A DNA stretch of 64,000 bases from Squalus acanthias (lineage: Eukaryota): assembly GCA_030390025.1 (NCBI GenBank), contig CM059432.1:81036001-81100000 (forward strand), given 5' to 3'. Below, one piece after another: positions 26,782-34,209 of this stretch. Position 1 is the stretch's first letter. Every line of letters begins with the position of its first letter. The translations under genes and the position numbers were made by a program. The notes beneath the pieces are model-generated. The model worked only from the letters and a program-made list of their open reading frames with translations, had not been told where the DNA came from and made no database searches.

Positions 26782-26975
26782 GTTTGAGTTCGGATCGGTC
26801 AAGGCCCTGTGGGTGGCGGAGCGGGCCCAGGGGCCGAGTGGCCTGGTCCTGCTCCTGCTTCTTGTGTTCTTTAGAGTTGAGGTTGGATCAGATCAGCCAT
26901 GATCTCATTGAATGGCGGAGCAGGCTCGAGGGGCCGATTGGTCTACTCCTGCTCCTATTTCTTATGTTCTTATGT
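26779..26975 (+). repeat. Tandemly duplicated CR1 3' tail
   Basis: Diverged copy 26779-26873 followed by canonical copy 26874-26975. Confidence 0.75.
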
Positions 26976-27829
26976 AATCAGTGTAAAAGGCACAGAGGAT
27001 ACAGCATTTTAAAGCGCATTCAGGAGAACTTTTTTAGCCAGTACGCAACAAGTCCAACAAGAGAGGTGGCGGTTCTGGACTTAATTTTAGGGAATGAAGC
27101 TGGGCAGGTGGAAGGGGTATCAGTAGGAGAGCATTTTGGTGGTACTGATCAAAATTTAGTTAGATTTAGAGTAGTTATGGAAAAGGACAAAGATAGACCG
27201 GGAGTAAAAGTTCTCAATTGGGGAAAGGACAATTTTACTAAGCTGAGATGTGATTTAGCAAACGTGGACTGGAAACAGTTACTTGAAGGTAAATCAGTGT
27301 CAGAGCAGTGGGAGGCATTCAAGGAGGAGGTAGTGAGGGGTAAGAGCAAATATGTTCCCACAAAGAAAAAGGGTAGGACTCTCAAATCTAGAGCTCCCTG
27401 GATGTCAAGGAGCATACAGGGTAGGATAAGGCAAAAAAGGGAAGCTTAGGTCAGATACTGAGTGCTAAATACTGTAGAAAGCCTAGAGGAGTATAGAAAG
27501 TGCAGGGGTGAAATCAAAAAGGAAATTAGGAAAGCAAAGAGAGGGCATGAAAAAATATTGGCAGTAAAATCATGGAAAATCCAAAGATGTTGTATAAATA
27601 CATAAAGAGCAAGAGACTAACTAAGGAATGAGTAGGGCCTATTAGAGACCAGAAAGGTAACCTGCGTGTGGAGGTGGAAGATGTGGGCATGGTTCTTAAT
27701 GAATACTTTGCGTCTGTCTTCACAGAAGAGAGAGACGATGCAGACATTGTAGTTGAGGAGGAGTGTGAAATATTAGATGAGATAAACATAGTGAGAGAGG
27801 AAATATTAAGGGATTTAGCATCTTTGAAA

Positions 27830-27948
27830 GTAGGGCAGGCTTAACAAGGCCAATCAAGGGAAAATAGTGTGCGTTCGTCAGATGTCGCTGGGGGCGGGAC
27901 TGAAACCCGGAAACCAGAAGTCCCGCCTCCATTGAGAAAATCCAGCCC
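27830..27948 (-). mobile_element. Terminal fragment of family E MITE
   Basis: Matches 56883-57011 and ends in AAAATCCAGCCC + TAT. Confidence 0.7.
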
Positions 27949-27984
27949 TATGATTCTACATGATCGATTCTGACACCAAAGGAT

Positions 27985-28277
27985 TGCTGTACCATCAGAG
28001 GTGACATCTTTCAGATGAGATGTTAAACTAAGGCCACATCTGCGCTCTCAGGTGGACGTAAAAGATCCCATGGCGCTATTGAAAGAAGTGCAGGGGAGTT
28101 CTTCCATTGCCCTGGCCAACATTAATCCCTCAACCAACATCTAAAAAACAGATGATCTGGTAATTTATTTCATTGCTGTTTGTGGGAGCTTACTATATGC
28201 ATATTGGCTGCTGCGTTTCTTACATTACAACAATAATTCCACTTCAAAAGTACTTCATTGTCTGTAAAGTGCTTTTA
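27985..28277 (+). mobile_element. Deu-domain SINE, 5'-truncated
   Basis: GATGAGATGTTAAAC...AAAAGATCCCATGGC core. Confidence 0.75.
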
Positions 28278-30449
28278 GCTTAAGCTTCTGTCTTCTTTCT
28301 TCATAGCTCAACCCTACTACACTTAGTTGTTTCTCTTCACTGCACATTCTGTTCGACCAGTTTCACTTCACAGGAGAAGCTGGGATAACCCTGCCTCCTA
28401 ATGGTAATGTTCTCTGATATTCAGTGTCAGATTACAAGAACAACAGACAACAGGGGGTCGTAGCAATAGGCACAGGCCCAATGTATTCATGCAAATGAAG
28501 TGGGAGGGAGAATTCCAGTCCTCCTGCTTCAATTTCCTGTCTGTGTGGATCTTGGGTGCTCTAACGCACTGATATCCCTCAAAACTGGCAATGTTGTCTT
28601 TTGCCAGGACCCTCCTCAGGGTGAAGGGTCTAAGGGGGCCTGGTAGCAAGGCCAAGAGAGGCTCAAATATAAGTGGGCCTTGTTTTTGAAGATATAGAAG
28701 GTTTCTGGCTGTTCTCAATCATCATCCAGAGGCCCTATGGATAACAGGCAGATAGGCCTGCTCCTTTTTCCGGCCTGAATTACCAGTGGAAAGTCCTGAT
28801 GGGATGGGCCTGTGCCAGGGGTGTGACCAGGTGCAGCCTAGATAAGTACAGTACACTTTATGCTGTCCAGCGCTGGGTAGATGGGGCCAGGAAAGTTGGC
28901 CCCCAGGTATTTATTGAAACAAAACTGGCAAATACAATGAATTGGAAGGGAATATGCAGTTAATCCAATGGGAGCGGGTTAGATGCATGAGAGCGAACAT
29001 GGGAGGATTAGGGGCATGGAGTGAAGGAACAGTATTGGAGATAGATATATATGTAATATTCCTAGCTGTGGCGACTCAAGGTATCAGTAAAAGCAAAGGT
29101 GTGGAATTGAGTGTGAGAAATGTAGGAAACTGGAGAAAAAGTAGAAGAACTAAAAAGAACAATGCCAATTTGCAAAGAGAAACAGTAAGTGAGAAATAAA
29201 AGAACCAAATAGCAAAGAACAGCCAGGAAAACAAAAAAGCAAAAAGCAAGCAGAGGTGCAGAAGGATGGATATATAACAGGTACTAAATAAGGTCTGATT
29301 TTTATTTTTTAACGATTAAATTAGTGTTACCTTACATGTATGAGTGAGAACACATAATGAAAAGCATAGAAGCAGCACTCCTTTATATACTGGAAGAATA
29401 CTAGAAAATACCCAGGAAAAATTGAACAGAAATAGAGAGGAATAGAGTGTGATTAGCTTGCAGAGTCTGATCAGGATGTACGGGCATTGCTGTTTGCCAC
29501 TAGGGAGGTCCTTCATTTTGTATCACTCATATCAATGACACTGCTTTAGTCAAGCCGCATGCAGAATTCAATTATTGTCCGATTAATACTGAACAGTAGG
29601 TCAAAGTTTTGGTTTCTGTGAATAGGGCAGACAGTGTACATGTTTATGAGCCCTTCACTCAAATTGTGCCTGCAATTTGTCCAGAAAATCATGCCTGTAG
29701 GTTTAAGACTTCTCAAATTCAAATTTGCACATTTTAGAATTTTTTAAAAACACCTCACGGTTTGGACAGTGTTGTCGACATTTGAGTACAAAATTAGTTG
29801 TTTAGAAAATTACGTTGAACATGTTAAAATAATTGAGGTCATATAAGAGGCTGGTGAAGGTTAGATTTTTCAATACCTGCTCAGTCTTGCTTCATAGTTA
29901 TCTCTAGCGATACTTGCTTTTTATATTATAAGCCTAGGAGAAATCATTTTCTTGCAGATATTAAGTTTTGTTATAATTGCAGTCCCAGAACATGTGCTAA
30001 TATATTACCATGTATTTCATAATCAGTTGCTTACTACCTTAAGGATTTTAATAGAAATCAGAATTGTCCTTAATGTTCAAAAAAAATACTAAGGGCCTTT
30101 ATTTGCGGCCCCTACGGGTGTGTACGAGGTTGGTACTTGACAGATCCAATGTATCCCCGGGAAAAGGGCATCCAAGGGTGGAGAGTTGCGTTATTTGCCC
30201 AACTTCTGCCCATCGAATGCCCGTGAAACTCTTCCGCCTGGTAAAAGCAGGCATAAGGTCTGCTTTTACCAGTGTAAGGGGTAAAAATTCAGTTGGTTGC
30301 GCCTCCCGTTAGCGCCTTAAATGGGCGCTAATGGGGCGTTAAGGAGCTAACGCCCGGGCGCAGCGCTGTTTGCGCCGCTCGAGAACTTAACTTCAGATTG
30401 TGCGGCGGCGCTAAAACTTACCGCTGCGACCACCTGCGCGCGCAGATTG

Positions 30450-30594
30450 TGACGTCATTCCGTGGTGCAACGCCCTTGGGGCGCCCCGGAGCGGAAATTG
30501 AGTGGCGCCCCCTGCCTTACCGCCTGGCGCTTCCAACGACCGGAAGACTGGAACGTTATCAATCGGTGTGGGGCTGGGGGGGGCGCTATTTAAA
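30450..30594 (+). promoter_or_regulatory. Putative transposase promoter (CRE + TATA-like)
   Basis: TGACGTCA 30450-30457 and TATTTAAA 30587-30594, then a (GA)n leader; same layout at 44944/45081. Confidence 0.5.
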
Positions 30595-30789
30595 GGGGGC
30601 CTCTTCCTGTCTTTTTCTGTGGTCGACATTTATGCACCACTCGTTCTGAGAGAGAGAGAGAGATTCGGAGAGAGAGAGAGAGAGACTTCTACATTGACTC
30701 AACGCTTTGTGAGGTAGTTTTGCCTAGTTCATCCTAACTTTGCTGCTACTTTCGTTGCTGTACCTCATTACTTTTCTGGCAAAGAGAAG

Positions 30790-31950
30790 ATGGGGGCTGC
30801 AATGATTGGGGGCGTCATCCTGCTCCAGCTCAATCGGAGGAGAGTGAGACGCAGACAGAGAGTGGCAATGATGGCCAGACGGAGGAGGCCCATCAGGCGC
30901 ATGTACAGGAGAGCTTACCCTCCCAGGGTATATCGTGAACAGCTCTCCTACATCCACATGTCCGAGGAGCTGTGTTTGCGAAGGCTGCGATTCAGCAAGG
31001 AGGTGGTCACTGAGCTCTGCCACCTGCTGCAGCCAGATCTGCAGCCTCAGCTGAGGTCCAGGACGTCTCTGTCGGTGGCAGTGAAGGTCACAGTGGCTTT
31101 GAACTTCTACGCCACTGGCTCATTCCAAGCTGCTGTTGGGGACCTCGCCAATATCTCCCAGTTTGCGGTGCATCGCTGCATCCGGCAGGTCACCAATGCC
31201 CTCTTCACAAGGAGACGAGACTTCATCTCCTTCCCTATGACCCCAGACAAGCAGCATGACCGTGCTATGGGCTTTGCGAGGGTAGCGGGCTTCCCCATGG
31301 TGCAGGGCGCCATTGACTGCACGCATGTGGCTTTGCGTGCTCCGCGAGAAAATGCAGAGGAGTTCCGGAACAGAAAGGGGTTCCATTCCTTGAATGTGCA
31401 GTTGGTCTGTGACCACAGACAGGTGATTCTCGCTGTCAATGCCCACTATCCGGGCAGCTGCCACGATGCTTTCATCCTGCGCCAGAGTACTGTGGCAGAA
31501 ATTTTCGAGGCACCGCATCAGCCAGTTGGTTGGCTTCTCGGGGACAAGGGGTACGCATTGAGCACCTGGCTGATGACACCGCTCCGTGCGCCAAACACCC
31601 CTGCTGAGCTGCGGTACCAGGAAAGCCAACAAGCAACGAGGAACATTATTGAGCGCACAATCGGCGTGCTCAAACAACGATTCCGCTGTCTGGACCATTC
31701 CGGAGGAGCCCTGCAGTACTCGCCTGAGCAAGTTTCCAAATTCGTAGTGGTGTGCTGCATGTTGCACAACATGGCAATCCTCAGGACGCAGCCAATGCCA
31801 CCAGGCCTTGCAGCACCACAAGAGGAGGAGGAGGAAGAGGAGGAACAGGCCGAGGACGATGATCAGCAGCAGCACCAAGGCAGGAGGGCGGCCCACAATG
31901 GTCAAACTGCAAGGGCCGTCCGTCAACGACTAATAGCAAGCCGCTTCTAG
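30790..31950 (+). CDS. Harbinger DDE transposase (HARBI1/DDE_Tnp_4-like), intact 386 aa
   Basis: [37 protein letters not shown] and RNIIERTIGVLKQRF carry the D-D-E triad; acidic tail; no stops. Confidence 0.95.
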   Translation: MGAAMIGGVILLQLNRRRVRRRQRVAMMARRRRPIRRMYRRAYPPRVYREQLSYIHMSEELCLRRLRFSKEVVTELCHLLQPDLQPQLRSRTSLSVAVKVTVALNFYATGSFQAAVGDLANISQFAVHRCIRQVTNALFTRRRDFISFPMTPDKQHDRAMGFARVAGFPMVQGAIDCTHVALRAPRENAEEFRNRKGFHSLNVQLVCDHRQVILAVNAHYPGSCHDAFILRQSTVAEIFEAPHQPVGWLLGDKGYALSTWLMTPLRAPNTPAELRYQESQQATRNIIERTIGVLKQRFRCLDHSGGALQYSPEQVSKFVVVCCMLHNMAILRTQPMPPGLAAPQEEEEEEEEQAEDDDQQQHQGRRAAHNGQTARAVRQRLIASRF

Positions 31951-32244
31951 GGCCCCTGCCAGTGCTACAAACACGAATCAACCCAGCACGCAACCCCTAA
32001 GCCGGCCAAGGCACCAATAATTCCAACCACCAGCCATGTATATTTTGAATACAGAAACTTATTTATTGTACAAACTCTGTGTGTGTCAATTCCTCATGAC
32101 AAACTCATAGAAATAAACACAAAAAAACAGTCAATAACATAACTGGTTCTCACAACCTGGAGATAATGTCCAAAACACTAAACAAAAGTTGGGCCATGAA
32201 CCTCGGCCTTTAATAAAAAAATGACCAGCATTTTGGCACACCTC

Positions 32245-33312
32245 CTACTTTTTGCCCTTCGAGGGTGATCTCCTTCCCTTGCGCACTTCCCCCCTTCTAA
32301 CCCTACTGCTCCTCCGTAATGGGACCTCAGTGGCTGCAGCAAGGCTGGTGGAAGGCTGCTGCTTGTCAGACCCTGACACTGCAGATGCCCCTGAAGGACG
32401 GCCTCGACCACTTCTGGGCCTGGAGGGCCCGGCTGCAGACTGCACCAACTCTGCATGGGCGGCAGCAGTCTGTCCTACAGGCGGTGGCAAGTGCAGTGGA
32501 GAAGTGACAGTGTTGGCAGCAGGAATGCTGTCATTGTGAGAGAGGACAGCAACTCCCTGCTCGCCCGACACACTGGCACTCCCACGGGGCAGCACTTCAG
32601 CATCCGGAGCAATTTGCCGGAGAACAGATTGCTGGCCTGCTGCGGCGCGGTGACAGCCCCGGGGACATGTGCACGAACCATCGAGGATGGCAGCAGTCAG
32701 TGCTCGCGTGGCCTCAATCTGAGTCTGCATGAGAGCAGGCTCAGATGGGTTCCTGGCAGCCAGTGACTGAATTGCAGCAGTAAGCTTTAGTGTGGCATCC
32801 GCCTGTGCTACAGCGAAGTGCTCCACACTCCTTGCCAGTGCCTCAATGCATTCGGGCACCCTTCCCACTGCACCCATGAGCTCAGTGTGCATGACCACCG
32901 CCTGGCTGTTCATTTCTGCAATCAGCCGCTCCTCCTCTGCGTCCATTGCATTAGGAGTGTCTGGCATACTCTCCCTCTGGGGAGAAGGCTCCCGTTCTTC
33001 CCTCCCCCCCCCCATGGCGTTGCTGCAGCCCGCTGGGTCCTGGAACTTCACCATCATCAGCCCCTTCCCCCCTGCTCCCCCGTTCTTCCCTCCCCCCCCC
33101 ATGGCGTTGCTGCAGCCCGCTGGGTCCTGGAACTTCACCATCATCAGCCCCTTCCCCCCTGCTCCCCTCCGGGGAAGGCGTGTTCCCAGTGTGGCCATGG
33201 GCTTCCTCGGGAGAGGGTGGCACTGATGCTCCGGCTTCCTCTTCCTCCTCAGCTGCAGCATCACTCCCAGTGGCAGCTTCAGGGACCATCTCCTCAGCTG
33301 GTGAATCACCAT
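32245..33312 (-). CDS. Harbinger Myb/SANT-like gene exon 3 (acidic, helical/coiled-coil-like, basic NLS-like end); one +1 frameshift
   Basis: TTTCAG acceptor at 33313. Phase-1 frame DGDSPAEEMVPE... joins REPSPQRESM...RRSPSKGKK* if the C10 run at 33004-33013 is read as C9. Confidence 0.8.
   Translation of the reverse strand: MVIHQLRRWSLKLPLGVMLQLRRKRKPEHQCHPLPRKPMATLGTRLPRRGAGGKGLMMVKFQDPAGCSNAMGGGGKNGGAGGKGLMMVKFQDPAGCSNAMGGGREEREPSPQRESMPDTPNAMDAEEERLIAEMNSQAVVMHTELMGAVGRVPECIEALARSVEHFAVAQADATLKLTAAIQSLAARNPSEPALMQTQIEATRALTAAILDGSCTCPRGCHRAAAGQQSVLRQIAPDAEVLPRGSASVSGEQGVAVLSHNDSIPAANTVTSPLHLPPPVGQTAAAHAELVQSAAGPSRPRSGRGRPSGASAVSGSDKQQPSTSLAAATEVPLRRSSRVRRGEVRKGRRSPSKGKK
32991..33167. repeat. 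87/88-bp direct tandem duplication in Myb exon 3
   Basis: Two copies of GSRGEGADDGEVPGPSGLQQRHGGG; the homopolymer is C9 in one copy and C10 in the other. Confidence 0.95.
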
Positions 33313-33471
33313 CTGAAAGCAGGGAGGTACAAGAGTGGCTTTAGCGTGAGGACAGGGTGGCAGTAAGGGAGGAATAAGTGCAGCGAGTTAGCAAGTTGGA
33401 TTGAAAGTGTCAAAGGCTGGTATTGTGAGGGACAAGTGGAAGGACAGAGGACAAAAAGGTGATGACCTTAC

Positions 33472-33634
33472 CATTGCTGTCCACAACGGGGTCGGCGTCT
33501 CCAGTGGCGACGGGACCGATCACCCGGCTTGCCACAATCCTGTGGACGCGCTCCTCCAGATCGCTGAGGGGTTGCAGCTGAAGCCGCCCTCCACCCGTCC
33601 GTTGCTGCTGTCTCCGATTATGAGCCAGCTTAGC
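33472..33634 (-). CDS. Harbinger Myb/SANT-like gene exon 2 (163 nt)
   Basis: TTCTTGCAG acceptor, G|GTAAGG donor; AKLAHNRRQQQRTGGG...DPVVDSN. Confidence 0.88.
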
Positions 33635-33668
33635 CTGCAAGAAAAAGGACAGCATCTGAGTCAATATA

Positions 33669-33830
33669 CAGCCATGGTCTTGCCTGATGTGCCTCCCATA
33701 GGTGAATAGCCCTTACTGTATGCAGCCATGGTCTTGCCTGATGTGCCTCCCATAGGTGAATAGCCCTTACTGTATGCAGCCATGGTCTTGCCTGATGTGC
33801 CTCCCATAGGTGAATAGCCCTTACTGTATG
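33669..33830. repeat. Perfect 54-bp tandem repeat x3 in Myb intron 1
   Basis: CAGCCATGGTCTTGCCTGATGTGCCTCCCATAGGTGAATAGCCCTTACTGTATG at 33669, 33723, 33777. Confidence 0.97.
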
Positions 33831-33972
33831 CAAAGTGTGGAATGTGTGTGTGTGTTTGATGAAAGGGCCATAGGTGTTGCATGAGTGTTGTGCATTGGGG
33901 TTTTAAGACCCTCTGGCCATAGAGTGAGGTTGAGATGGAGGGATGGAGAGGTATTGAGAAAAAGCCACTCAC

Positions 33973-34209
33973 CCTGTCGACCCGAGTGAGGTCGTTGAAC
34001 TTTTTGCGGCACTGGACATGGGTCCTGGGCACCATGCTCCTGGAGGAGACGCTCTGAGCCACCTCCCTCCACACTCTTCTGAACTCGCGTGGCAAAGGCC
34101 TCCTGCCACTCTCCGGGAACAGCATGCATCGTCTGCGCTCCACTGCATCAACCAGAGCATCCAAGGCCCGCTCGGTGAAGCGATGAGCGCGTTCTCTCAC
34201 CCTCTCCAT
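33973..34209 (-). CDS. Harbinger Myb/SANT-like gene exon 1 (trihelix DNA-binding domain, NAIF1/MSANTD-like)
   Basis: MERVRERAHRFTERALDALVDAV...VWREVAQSV...RTHVQCRKKFNDLTRVDR|gtgagt; 237 nt, phase 0. Confidence 0.9.

Larger units (their letters stand above)
23200..27830 (+). mobile_element. Older CR1 LINE (ORF1 + ORF2 N-terminus), interrupted by a younger CR1
   Basis: ORF1 esterase, APE start (YFNARSL...ITET, GVYYRPPNS) with stops; resumes at 26976 (ISVKG...SPTREVAVLDLIL) and is truncated at ~27830. Confidence 0.85.

Noticed and set aside
31120..31926. 268-aa antisense ORF
   Set aside because: Shadow ORF of the GC-rich transposase with no recognisable motifs.
30790..31950. Domesticated host HARBI1 gene
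   Set aside because: It lies between TIRs with a TSD inside another MITE, with a linked Myb gene and many relatives, so it is a transposon ORF.
32245..33312. 355-aa ORF as a stand-alone gene
   Set aside because: Its first ~100 aa are the wrong frame of Myb exon 3, joined by the homopolymer frameshift.
33669..33830. Hammerhead ribozyme (CTGATGT-stem-GAAT) or CRISPR-like array in the 54-bp repeat
   Set aside because: Core positions differ from CUGANGA/GAAA and are not kept in the homologous motif of element A; there are no spacers, cas genes or prokaryotic context.
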